Source: a virus (lineage: Duplodnaviria > Caudoviricetes). Taken from it: a stretch of 54,784 nucleotides of DNA. A model generated the notes under the pieces. That model saw only the letters and a program-made list of their open reading frames with translations. It ran no database searches and was not told where the DNA came from. Numbering within the stretch: position 1 is the stretch's first letter; every line of letters begins with the position of its first letter. The DNA lies in IMG/VR virus record IMGVR_UViG_3300042197_004232, positions 1 to 54,784 of that record. The stretch is one strand, 5' to 3'. The translations under genes and the position numbers were made by a program. Shown in pieces: positions 46,138 to 54,784 of this stretch.

Positions 46138-46146
46138 AGGAACTAC

Positions 46147-47178
46147 ATGGCTACAGCAGTGGACAATACGAATATGGGCGCAGAGTCCAAGGTGCACTCG
46201 GTTATCGAGCAGCAAAAACGGCTGCTCAAGCGGTTAGACGATGTGAGCCACTATCTTGGTGGTGTAGGCGCCGGGCTTTACCTCCCCGGTATTAACTGCA
46301 CCTTTGACAACCCGTTCCGCCGCGTCGATGGGCGTCGGCCTCCGATCGTCACGCTTGAAGTGTGCGACGACGGGTCTTTGAAATTCACGGGCGCGATCAG
46401 TCGCCCGCGCAACGGAAAACTGACGTACTCGCCAATTTTCAGTTACGACGTGTCGCGGCCGTACACGCCGCGAGGCGACGGGCAGTCATTGCCGGCGAAT
46501 AACATTGTGCTCGCGCGGCGGGCCAATGAGTTGCTGGCGGCGCTGTCCGGCTATGGTCGTCGGGTTAGTTTCGGTATGCACGAGGCGCTGCCGGCACTGG
46601 CGTTTCCGGAAGTGATCCGCGAGCACGGCCGCATCGTGGCCGAGAACTACACGTGTGTTCTCGGCTTCGAAGTCGACAATCCGGCAGTACAACTTGACAC
46701 GGTTTTGGTCCGTCGGCGCAATCCCGCTGAGAAGATTCTGGCGCGCCACGGGATCGAATACCCGATGTCGGTCGGACCGGTCGAACTGGAAAACCTCGTT
46801 ACTGAACTGCGGGCTGAGTTTCCGACAGACGACATTGACTGGGTCGCCGGCGTAGAGGCGCTGTTGTTTAAGCAGCCGCACTTCTCGTTCTCGGTTTCCC
46901 GCGCGCAGGCTCTTGTGACGGACCCGGACGCCGTCGTCAGCGCCATGCGCGCGCTGCTGCCCAAGCGCTATCAGTTTGAGGCCGCGTACTCGGACCTTTT
47001 GATCGCAGCCCGAAATCCGGAGCAGCCGTTGAAGATCAGCCGACTGTCCGCAATTCAGTTGTTTCCGATCGAGACGGCGTACGATCTGCCAGACGGCTAC
47101 GGCGGCAGCGTACTGACTCGAATCAACATGGTGGCCCCGTCGAGCACCCGACAGGACGTGGTGCAGGTAACTGCGTAA
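46147..47178 (+). CDS. Hypothetical protein
   Basis: AAGGA RBS, long ORF. Confidence 0.75.
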   Translation: MATAVDNTNMGAESKVHSVIEQQKRLLKRLDDVSHYLGGVGAGLYLPGINCTFDNPFRRVDGRRPPIVTLEVCDDGSLKFTGAISRPRNGKLTYSPIFSYDVSRPYTPRGDGQSLPANNIVLARRANELLAALSGYGRRVSFGMHEALPALAFPEVIREHGRIVAENYTCVLGFEVDNPAVQLDTVLVRRRNPAEKILARHGIEYPMSVGPVELENLVTELRAEFPTDDIDWVAGVEALLFKQPHFSFSVSRAQALVTDPDAVVSAMRALLPKRYQFEAAYSDLLIAARNPEQPLKISRLSAIQLFPIETAYDLPDGYGGSVLTRINMVAPSSTRQDVVQVTA

Positions 47179-47180
47179 CA

Positions 47181-47462
47181 ATGCGTTACTTCCTCAAGCC
47201 TGAACAATCCGTGCTGGACTGGCTGCTGTCTCACGACGCAGAACCGCACATCCTTCCCGTCTTCCCAGAAGACGAACACTCAGGCTTGGTGGTGGCTCAC
47301 CTACTTTCCGGTGGAGTATTTGCAGAGGTAATCCCAACCGCGGCGCATGTCGCAACGGCGTGTGGGGCCGGGCTTCCGCTCGGAAGGCTGTATTTTCAGG
47401 TTCCCAAAAATCTGTTATACAGCGTCTGCGAGAATCTCCAGCCGGGAGACTTTGGGGGTTAG
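47181..47462 (+). CDS. Hypothetical protein
   Basis: Tiling ORF ending in terminator. Confidence 0.7.
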   Translation: MRYFLKPEQSVLDWLLSHDAEPHILPVFPEDEHSGLVVAHLLSGGVFAEVIPTAAHVATACGAGLPLGRLYFQVPKNLLYSVCENLQPGDFGG

Positions 47463-47488
47463 CGCTATACAGCGCGCCCCCTTTTTTT
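47454..47488 (+). terminator. Rho-independent terminator
   Basis: GGGGG..GCGCT-atac-AGCGC.CCCCC followed by T7. Confidence 0.75.
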
Positions 47489-47505
47489 AGATATCAGAGG
47501 TCTGC

Positions 47506-48426
47506 ATGCCAGCGTATCAAGACCCGTCACAAGTAAAGATGGAAGACGGCCGGTCTATGGCCGATTTTATGCGCCGCGGGCCGCAAGGCATTCGTGGCGT
47601 CGTGGTGTCGCCAGCCACGGCGGGCGGCACGCCTGTGAATTTCGATCCGCACGACATGTCGAAAACATCGATTAATGTGATCGACCCGGACGGCAAACAA
47701 TTACACAATCTTGCGCTATCGCAGTTGACGCAAGACCGGGTAAACGCTGCTATTGCCGCCGCGGCAGAAACAGTACCGGGTGACGACATTAATTCCATTA
47801 GGGAGCGGGCAGCCATGGTTTTTGAAGAGTTGGCAAAAACAGCCGGTAACGGTGTGCAGCGGGTGCCGGTAAAGACAACAAAACAACCCAAACAACCAGC
47901 GCCCGCGCCGGTTACCTTGCCGGAAGATGAAGAAGAGATCGTGCAGGAGTTGCGGGAAGAGGTGGAGCAGTCTGTTCCGCTGCTGGAGAAGATCGACCGC
48001 ACGTACAGCCCGATGGCGGCTTTTGGGCTTAAAAAGCGCGCAGCCGCGCCAGCGATTGCTGGCGGCAGCCCCGTTTCGTCGTCGGCGCGAGTCGGTCCGC
48101 CGCAGAAACTGGTCTATTTTGAGAAAGAAGGTATCGGCACAGTCCCTGCGTTTTTTCACGACATTATCGTGTCGGTCTCGCTCCCCGATGACGACGCGAT
48201 CGATGAAAGCGGGTTTATGGTTCTTATTTACGACTTGCGGTTTGAACAAAATGCAGCGCGTTGGTTTCCGCCGTCAAACGATCCGTATCAGCGGCCGTGG
48301 GCGGTACAAATCAGCGATGACTCCAAGTTGTATCTTGTGCATACGACTGGTTTTCAGTATGTTTATGATCACCGCGAGTACTGCATTTTATTGGTTGAAA
48401 AAGCCGTTATGGCGCCCGGAATGTAA
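47506..48426 (+). CDS. Hypothetical protein
   Basis: GAGGT RBS, long ORF. Confidence 0.75.
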   Translation: MPAYQDPSQVKMEDGRSMADFMRRGPQGIRGVVVSPATAGGTPVNFDPHDMSKTSINVIDPDGKQLHNLALSQLTQDRVNAAIAAAAETVPGDDINSIRERAAMVFEELAKTAGNGVQRVPVKTTKQPKQPAPAPVTLPEDEEEIVQELREEVEQSVPLLEKIDRTYSPMAAFGLKKRAAAPAIAGGSPVSSSARVGPPQKLVYFEKEGIGTVPAFFHDIIVSVSLPDDDAIDESGFMVLIYDLRFEQNAARWFPPSNDPYQRPWAVQISDDSKLYLVHTTGFQYVYDHREYCILLVEKAVMAPGM

Positions 48427-48428
48427 CC

Positions 48429-48587
48429 ATGGAAAAACAAGGCGTTATTCGCGAGGGGCTAACTCCGCCAGAAACCGCGCCGGAGAAGACGGCCGGCGTT
48501 ATTGACAGCAAAACGCCGACGGCGGCCGAACTCGACCGGGACTTCCGCAAGCGGGCGGCCGAGGTTGTGCGCGCATCTGAAAAATAA
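48429..48587 (+). CDS. 52-aa hypothetical (below ORF-track cutoff)
   Basis: MEKQGVIREGLTPPE...VRASEK fills the gap exactly. Confidence 0.6.
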   Translation: MEKQGVIREGLTPPETAPEKTAGVIDSKTPTAAELDRDFRKRAAEVVRASEK

Positions 48588-48598
48588 GGGGTGTTCTG

Positions 48599-50536
48599 GT
48601 GACGCTGACTCCATCCTCCAATCTGGGCTACAACTCACTCGGCAAGGGCGTACAGTCAGACGAGCGGTTTCCAGACCCGTTCTGCGACATTGCCAGTCTT
48701 TCCATGCCGGAAAGTATTCAGACAGCCTTGCGCTGGGTTGAATACATCATGAACGCCAACGGGCCGTACCGGCAGGCCATCGACCGTGTGGTGTCGTACT
48801 TCATCACGGACATCGAGGTTTACGACATCGGCGAGAACACCACCGGCCGCGAAGAGAAAGAAAAGTTTCGCGTGTTCTTGGACGACACGCTGAGCGTCAA
48901 AAATGTCTTGCATACCGTAGCGCTTGATTACATGACGTATGGCAACGCGTTTACAAGTCTGCTCGTGCCGTTTCGGCGATATCTGTCGTGCCAGTCGTGC
49001 GGGTTGGAAATGCCGCTGGAGCAGGTATACAACTCGAAACAATGTGCGTTTAAATGGCAGGAATTCCAGTTTCACGCCACGTGCCCGAAGTGCAAGAAAA
49101 CAGGAGAGTGGCGGCACATCGACCGGCGAAGCGGTGACAACAACTCCATGCACGTCAAGCGCTGGAGTCCACACGAGATCGATATCTTGTGGGACCCCTA
49201 TACCGACGAGTGCTCGTATGTCTGGAAGATTCCGCAAGATTATCGGGCGCTGATCAAGGCGGGGCATTTACACCATCTGGAGCGGGCCAGTTGGGAGGTG
49301 ATTCAAGCGATCAAGAACGAACAAAATCTGATGTTCGACAAGGGCGTCATTTATCACCTGAAAGAAGACGCGCTGGCTGGCATGCGTAACCGTGGCTGGG
49401 GCATTTCTCGTGTGCTCGCTAATTTCAGGCAGGCGTGGTACTACCAGATTCTGCACCGGTACAACGAGGCGATTGCGCTCGATTACGTTATTCCGTTTCG
49501 GGTTATCACGCCGGCGCCCAGAGGCGGCGACGCCCAATCGGCGGACCCGGTGCACACAATTAATCTGTCAAACTTCTCCGCCCGCGTACAGGCGATGCTG
49601 CGCGCCCGGCGGACCGACCCGGCGCGCTGGAATGTGCTGCCGTTTCCCGTGAACTATCAGGCCCTTGGCGGCGACGCGTCCCAACTGGCGCCGAAGGACT
49701 TGTTGGATCAGGCGTTGGAGACATTGCTCAAATGCATCGGCATGCCGGTTGAGTTGTTTAACGGCACGCTGACGCTGCAGGCGGCCCCGGCAGCCCTGCG
49801 GCTTTTTGAAGCAAATTGGGGTCATCTGCCGCACAACCTTAATCGGTTTTTAACAGAATTGGCGGCGCACATCGCCAAGGTCATGTCGTGGGAGCCGGTC
49901 GGTGTCAAACTGACTCGGGTCACACATGCAGACGACCTCAACCGCCAGATGGCAAAACTGCAGTTGATGCAGGGCCAGATGATCAGCAAGACGACAGGGC
50001 TCAAGAGCGTCGGCGTCGACTACGAAGAAGAAGCCAAACGGATGCTCGAAGAGGAGCGGATTTACGCGGAAGAACAAGAGCGCATGCAGAAAGAGATGGA
50101 GCAGGCGCAGCAGATGAAAGACCTGTCACAAAGCGGCAACATGACGCTTAACATGGGGCAGGCCGGCGCGGGCGCAACGGGCATGCCTCCGGCCGCCGGC
50201 GCCGCACCAGCGCCTGCGGGCGGGCAACCCGGCGGTCCGATGGCCCCGGGACAGCCCACCGCCGTCGATCAATTCCTGATGCAGCGCACGAACGCGCCAA
50301 ACATTCCGCGGACGCCCGAAGATTTGCAGCAGCAGGCGCAACTGATCGCGCATCAATTGTTGTCATTACCGGAAACGCTCAAAGATTCTGAACTCATCAA
50401 ACTCAAGCGCGGCGACGCTACGATGCACGCGCTGGTAACCAGCATTATCGACGACATCCGGCAGCAGGCCCGGTCGCAAGGCGGCGCAATGGTCATGGCG
50501 CAGCAATACGGACAGCCCACCGCCGTCGGCATGTAA
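48599..50536 (+). CDS. Probable portal protein with zinc-ribbon insertion
   Basis: 645 aa, mostly helical, YGNAF motif, DYEEE coiled-coil and Gln/Pro-rich tail typical of portals; CQSC...CPKC. Confidence 0.55.
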   Translation: MTLTPSSNLGYNSLGKGVQSDERFPDPFCDIASLSMPESIQTALRWVEYIMNANGPYRQAIDRVVSYFITDIEVYDIGENTTGREEKEKFRVFLDDTLSVKNVLHTVALDYMTYGNAFTSLLVPFRRYLSCQSCGLEMPLEQVYNSKQCAFKWQEFQFHATCPKCKKTGEWRHIDRRSGDNNSMHVKRWSPHEIDILWDPYTDECSYVWKIPQDYRALIKAGHLHHLERASWEVIQAIKNEQNLMFDKGVIYHLKEDALAGMRNRGWGISRVLANFRQAWYYQILHRYNEAIALDYVIPFRVITPAPRGGDAQSADPVHTINLSNFSARVQAMLRARRTDPARWNVLPFPVNYQALGGDASQLAPKDLLDQALETLLKCIGMPVELFNGTLTLQAAPAALRLFEANWGHLPHNLNRFLTELAAHIAKVMSWEPVGVKLTRVTHADDLNRQMAKLQLMQGQMISKTTGLKSVGVDYEEEAKRMLEEERIYAEEQERMQKEMEQAQQMKDLSQSGNMTLNMGQAGAGATGMPPAAGAAPAPAGGQPGGPMAPGQPTAVDQFLMQRTNAPNIPRTPEDLQQQAQLIAHQLLSLPETLKDSELIKLKRGDATMHALVTSIIDDIRQQARSQGGAMVMAQQYGQPTAVGM

Positions 50537-50541
50537 CAACT

Positions 50542-51585
50542 ATGAGCGTCGGTATCTACACGCACTACGCGCACTGCGATCAGGCGTATTTTGCGGTCCG
50601 GCTGGCCGATTTTCTGCGCGACCACGGCGTTGACTGTTCGATATACGCGGACAATCCCCCGGCAAAACTTCGGACGGGTTACGACAACTCCGTCATGCAC
50701 AAACGCCGGCTCCCGTTTACCGAGTGGGCCGAATTTGCCCAAACGATTGTGTGGACGCACGTGCCCCGCATCGAGCAGATTACGTACGCCAAGCGCATGG
50801 GCATCCGTACGGTGTTGGTGCCCATGTGGCAAGAGTTGCAGCCGCCCTTTAAAAAAGCGATACGGCAGGCCGATCATTTAATTGCGCTGTCTACGGAATG
50901 CCGGGAACTGTACCACGCGGTGTATAAGTTTCGAAATGTCACGATGATTCCGTTTGATGCCGGGCTGCCGGTCGTCAAAAAAGACAGCAATATCGACCCC
51001 AAATCGGTCAAACTGCTGCTGCCGTGGTTTGACCGGAATGCGCGCTGCACGCAAAGTGACTTTTTGTCGCACCTCGCCTACCTGCTGCCGAACATGCCCG
51101 AAGCCCGGCTGACCGTAGGTATTTCGTCCAGTAAGTTTTCGCCGGCCATTGCGCAGTTTTTCCGGCGGTTGAGCCACAAAACACAGGGCCGCGTCGTGCT
51201 GCGGCGAAATGTCCCGGTTACGGCGCGGCCCGGCTTATTCGCAGAACACGACCTGACCATCTTCCCGGCCGAGTGTGACAACTACGGGTTTTGCAACCTT
51301 GTGTCTATCAATTCTGGTACGCCGGTCCTGACATTCGCTGTTCCGCCCCAGACCGATTTCGTATATCCTGACGCCAACGGTGTGCTGGTCCGGACGAAGG
51401 TAGATTACGACGAAAACGGCGTGCCACATGCCGCTCCGCGCTACGAACTGTTTGCGGCAGCATTGCAGACAATGATTGCCGAACCCGAGCACATCAACGC
51501 GTTAAACAAAAAAATCAACTACAACCTGCATTCGCGGCGGAAATCGTTTGATTTGGGCTGGCAATCGATCTTGCGCCTGACTTGA
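50542..51585 (+). CDS. GT-B (GT4-like) glycosyltransferase
   Basis: DLTIFPAECDNYGF...SGTPVL...NGVLV C-terminal pattern. Confidence 0.7.
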   Translation: MSVGIYTHYAHCDQAYFAVRLADFLRDHGVDCSIYADNPPAKLRTGYDNSVMHKRRLPFTEWAEFAQTIVWTHVPRIEQITYAKRMGIRTVLVPMWQELQPPFKKAIRQADHLIALSTECRELYHAVYKFRNVTMIPFDAGLPVVKKDSNIDPKSVKLLLPWFDRNARCTQSDFLSHLAYLLPNMPEARLTVGISSSKFSPAIAQFFRRLSHKTQGRVVLRRNVPVTARPGLFAEHDLTIFPAECDNYGFCNLVSINSGTPVLTFAVPPQTDFVYPDANGVLVRTKVDYDENGVPHAAPRYELFAAALQTMIAEPEHINALNKKINYNLHSRRKSFDLGWQSILRLT

Positions 51586-51606
51586 CGCTAGTGCATGGAG
51601 GCACTT

Positions 51607-52377
51607 GTGAAAAAAACAGATCAGTTGTCGCTTGAAAAAACGATCGCGTTTGCCAAGCAGTGTTACGCCACGCGCCAGACCGCCACAAGCGAAGACTTGT
51701 ACGCCCATTGCTGGGCTGTCGCAAGCCAAGCCGAGAAGATGGCGATTAAGTTTTACCAAGACTTGCGCGAAGAGTATGTGCCAGAAAATTTGGAAGAGAC
51801 GCTGGCGGTAATTACGCATTGTGGGCTTTTGCATGATGTGTTGAACGTGAGCGCCTGCGCGTTTGAGAACATTGCCGAAATTACCAACGTGCAGGTCGCG
51901 GCCATGGTTGCCGCCATCAGCCGCGACTACCGCCTTGTCGAAACAAAACGCGATATGGAGTTCCGCGGTCGCCTGAGCCAAAGCGCGGTAAGCACGCAGA
52001 TTGTCGCCGTTGCCGATATTATCTGTTCCGCAAAAGCCATTTCCGCCGCCGTCGACGCGCAGGGGCTGGCAGTGGCGACAAAAGCCAAAAAACTGCTCGG
52101 ACAACTCGACGGCGATTTGATGGCCATCCACGCCGCGAATAAATACTACGTGCTGCGCCTGTATGTCCACGCCGCCCGAAACTTGTTGGTGACCGTCAGC
52201 AAAAACATAAAAGCCTGCCGGCAGCGCGCAAAAATCGAAAAACTGGTCTTGCAAAATACCCAAACTTTGCGAGAATCCGACGCTGCCGCCGCTAAAGGCA
52301 CTGCGCGTAAAAAACCTGTTCGCAAAAAGAAAGAAGTGCGTTATGCAAGAAAACGAACTCCTAAAACAAATCCTTGA
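51607..52377 (+). CDS. HD-domain protein, RelA/SpoT hydrolase-like
   Basis: YAHCWAVA, GLLHDVL, IVAVADII; GTG start after GGAGG. Confidence 0.65.
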   Translation: MKKTDQLSLEKTIAFAKQCYATRQTATSEDLYAHCWAVASQAEKMAIKFYQDLREEYVPENLEETLAVITHCGLLHDVLNVSACAFENIAEITNVQVAAMVAAISRDYRLVETKRDMEFRGRLSQSAVSTQIVAVADIICSAKAISAAVDAQGLAVATKAKKLLGQLDGDLMAIHAANKYYVLRLYVHAARNLLVTVSKNIKACRQRAKIEKLVLQNTQTLRESDAAAAKGTARKKPVRKKKEVRYARKRTPKTNP

Positions 52378-52666
52378 TGCCTACTGCGACGCCCGTGATT
52401 TGACGCCCGAGCAAAAAAGCGCGTGCGATTCTTTTTATGCGTACGCTGCCCAATGGATCGCCGACAGCGGCGTTGTCGGTGTCGGTCAGACATCTGACGG
52501 TATTGCGCTGCGGTTCAAAAACGGCGATGAGCGCGTGTTTTTTACTGCTGTCGGCGCCGGTATCCCGGTTGTCGAAAACAATGCGGTGAGCATTACAGGC
52601 AATTCAGGCGGCAGCGTTCGCGGAAGCGCGCCGATTGCCGACGCATCTGTGAACATTACCGGGTAA
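52343..52666 (+). CDS. Hypothetical protein
   Basis: Overlap tiling. Confidence 0.65.
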   Translation: MQENELLKQILDAYCDARDLTPEQKSACDSFYAYAAQWIADSGVVGVGQTSDGIALRFKNGDERVFFTAVGAGIPVVENNAVSITGNSGGSVRGSAPIADASVNITG

Positions 52667-52692
52667 TTGTTTCGGGGCATGGAGGCCGGCAG

Positions 52693-53361
52693 GTGTTTAT
52701 CTGCTTTGAGGGAATTGACGGCGCGGGCAAAACGACGCAAGCCCGCATGCTGCAGCAGCGTTTGACCGCGGCTGGGTACAAAACAGAATTGGTCGCCGAT
52801 CCCGGTACCACAAAAATTGGTACGGCTATCCGGCAGTTGCTGCTGGACAACGACGGGCCTATTACGCCGCTGGCCCAGATGTTGCTGTTCTCGGCCGCCC
52901 GAGCAGAACTCGCGGCCTACATGCGGAAGCGCTTACAGAGCTACATCATAATTTGTGATCGCTGGCTGTTGTCGACGCTAGTGTATCAAGGCGTACTGAA
53001 TAAGATCAGCCAGAAGTTAATCGTGGACGTCTTTGACGCCACGACCGGTATTGATCCCGACATCTGTTTCCTGCTCGACCTATCTCCGGTGGCGGCCAAA
53101 AAACGCATGGGGAAACCACGAGATCGGTACGAGCGTCGCTGTATGGCCGAGCGCAAAAAGATGCGCCGCGAGTATTTGCATTTTGCAAACTGTGATTACG
53201 CGGACGTGACGCACGTTATCAACGCGACCGCCGCGGCTGAAAAAACACACGGGTTGATCTATGACGTCGTTAAGTCGGCGATCAACGCGCGTGGGATTGT
53301 TCCTAAAAGAAAGGATTCTTTGCGTGCTCGCCAGCGTTCAGGCTCAAAAACAAGAACGTGA
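52693..53361 (+). CDS. tmk: Thymidylate kinase
   Basis: FEGIDGAGKTTQ, LLFSAAR, CDRW..STLVYQG, PDICFLLD. Confidence 0.93.
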   Translation: MFICFEGIDGAGKTTQARMLQQRLTAAGYKTELVADPGTTKIGTAIRQLLLDNDGPITPLAQMLLFSAARAELAAYMRKRLQSYIIICDRWLLSTLVYQGVLNKISQKLIVDVFDATTGIDPDICFLLDLSPVAAKKRMGKPRDRYERRCMAERKKMRREYLHFANCDYADVTHVINATAAAEKTHGLIYDVVKSAINARGIVPKRKDSLRARQRSGSKTRT

Positions 53362-53818
53362 TTATGTTGTCTTTGCCGCTCAAGAAGAGGTTCGCGCGCT
53401 TGAGCGGCGGTTGTTGGTCAGCCCGGAAAATAAGACTGTAAATACGGCGTTTCGCAAGGTGTGCTACTTGCTGCTGCAGTTAGCCCAAAAACACGTTCCA
53501 AGTTCTGTGGGCACGCACGCCGACTACGTTTTACTGCTGCACTGTATCCGGCTGCTGCAGGACATGGGGTTCAAACCGGACATCGAGCCTGAAATTGACG
53601 CAGACGCCGGGCAAATTTCGCCAGAAATCGCCCGAAGTTCTTTTGAGTATCGCCGCCTACGCAATAAAATAATGGCAAGTTTGTCGTTGATTGCGGATTT
53701 GCCGGAAAAGCCCGTGTCTCCCGGAACGCCAGATTTTCAGGCGGGTGTTCGGGAGGGGTATCGACGCGCCAGCGACATCGCCGTTTTGTTTCTCGAAGAC
53801 ATTGACTGCGGGAGTTGA
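53324..53818 (+). CDS. Hypothetical protein
   Basis: AAAGGA RBS, GTG start. Confidence 0.65.
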   Translation: MLASVQAQKQERDYVVFAAQEEVRALERRLLVSPENKTVNTAFRKVCYLLLQLAQKHVPSSVGTHADYVLLLHCIRLLQDMGFKPDIEPEIDADAGQISPEIARSSFEYRRLRNKIMASLSLIADLPEKPVSPGTPDFQAGVREGYRRASDIAVLFLEDIDCGS

Positions 53819-53819
53819 C

Positions 53820-54086
53820 ATGCGCACAGAAACAATCGTAGCTGAACTAAACGACCGAAATCCAGATGCGTATCTTTTTGAAAACATGGATAACGCGCTT
53901 GTGGGTTTTGGAAATGCCGGGCATCAAGACCCGGTAGCGGTGTATAGCAAAACCAAGATTTATGAAAAACTGGCGGCTGACGGACTCTCTCAAGAAGACG
54001 TCGATGAGTATTTTTTGGGGAAATTTGTTGCGACATGGTGCGGCAAGAATACGCCGATAATTTTAGACGACCTTTTGGAGCAGTAA
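53820..54086 (+). CDS. Conserved phage hypothetical
   Basis: DNALVG...VAVYS...GKNTPI; GGGAG RBS. Confidence 0.75.
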   Translation: MRTETIVAELNDRNPDAYLFENMDNALVGFGNAGHQDPVAVYSKTKIYEKLAADGLSQEDVDEYFLGKFVATWCGKNTPIILDDLLEQ

Positions 54087-54091
54087 TTTTC

Positions 54092-54394
54092 GTGGCCACT
54101 GTAGTTGTGAATACGCCAGACGCAATTGAGTTTGCCAATATCTCCGAAAACGCCAAACAAAATCAACCGACGTTATCAGTGCAAGTCGGCGAGTGGGAAG
54201 CAGACAATCGGGTTGATGTCGGCGTCGTTGTCGATACATATGGCAGCCAGTTGCCAATACTAACGTCAAACGATGCAAGAAAATTAGCCAAATGGCTGGT
54301 TCGGGCTGCCGATATTTTGGATGGCGTTAAAAATTCTGCTAAAAAGAGTAGGCCGCGGACACATTACGAGGTTGACGACCCAGACGACTATTAA
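54092..54394 (+). CDS. Hypothetical protein
   Basis: GGAG RBS; DARKLAKWL. Confidence 0.65.
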   Translation: MATVVVNTPDAIEFANISENAKQNQPTLSVQVGEWEADNRVDVGVVVDTYGSQLPILTSNDARKLAKWLVRAADILDGVKNSAKKSRPRTHYEVDDPDDY

Positions 54395-54403
54395 CGGTGA
54401 TTC

Positions 54404-54784
54404 ATGGCTGATAAGAAAATTTCTGAATTACCATTAAAGTCAAACCCAACAAGCGCAGACCTTGTACCAATTGTTGACACGGCTGTTGCGCCGTATACCA
54501 CAAAAAAAGCCACAATTGGTTCGCTTCTCCTAGTCGGCCCGACCGGCCCAGCGGGCAGTGCTGGTTTGACTGGTGCTACTGGGCCGCAAGGCAGTGCTGG
54601 TGTTACTGGGGCTACTGGCCCGGCGGGCAGTGCTGGTTTGACTGGTGCTACTGGGCCGCAAGGCACTCAGGGCGTAACAGGTGCTACTGGCCCAGCGGGC
54701 AGTGCTGGTGTTACCGGAGCCACGGGCCCAGCGGGCAGTGCTGGTGTTACCGGAGCCGCGGGCCCAGCGGGCAGTGCTGGTGTT
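54404..54784 (+). CDS. Collagen-like fibre protein (3'-truncated)
   Basis: [10 protein letters not shown]...DLVPIVD...TKK head, then Gly-X-Y repeats. Confidence 0.85.
   Translation, partial: MADKKISELPLKSNPTSADLVPIVDTAVAPYTTKKATIGSLLLVGPTGPAGSAGLTGATGPQGSAGVTGATGPAGSAGLTGATGPQGTQGVTGATGPAGSAGVTGATGPAGSAGVTGAAGPAGSAGV
54535..54784 (+). repeat. 36-nt coding tandem repeat ([12 protein letters not shown])
   Basis: In-frame collagen repeats with mostly synonymous variation. Confidence 0.9.

Noticed and set aside
54535-54784. 36-nt tandem repeat as a CRISPR or TIGR-like array
   Set aside because: No unique spacers; in-frame Gly-X-Y coding repeat with mostly synonymous variation
1-54784. Minus-strand and alternative-frame ORFs in the track
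   Set aside because: Shadows of + strand genes in GC-rich DNA; the + strand tiling with RBS and stop/start overlaps already fills the window
1-54784. Stop-codon reassignment
   Set aside because: Conserved genes are full length in the standard code, all three stops are used, and the tRNA is not a suppressor

Overview
Segment of a large dsDNA phage genome, probably jumbo-class; a Planctomycetota host is inferred from several small-protein families and CsrA-type hairpins. All credible genes are on the + strand in the standard code. Layout: 1-10.4 kb, small accessory genes (DUF3150/DUF6878/DUF6915/DUF3085-like, beta-helix protein, SAM methyltransferase); 10.4-10.7 kb, a non-coding gap with two tyrosine-recombinase-type sites where strand skew appears to flip; 10.7-19.8 kb, SEC-C protein, degenerate Rep-like gene, DEDDh exonuclease, tRNA-Gln, HNH, a three-attC integron-like cassette array and MazG; 19.8-36.7 kb, replication/recombination core (SbcD, SbcC, IS110/Nop-like and RAMP-like orphans, intein-containing SF2 helicase, DnaB-like helicase, primase, UDG-PolA fusion, RecA); 36.7-54.8 kb, hypotheticals, RuvC, probable portal, glycosyltransferases, HD protein, thymidylate kinase and the start of a collagen-like fibre. 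The most striking signal is the cassette array at 16.6-17.4 kb: cassette ends are perfect 11-bp complements and each attC supplies the RBS and start codon of the next ORF. All family calls are motif recognition by eye; no searches were run.
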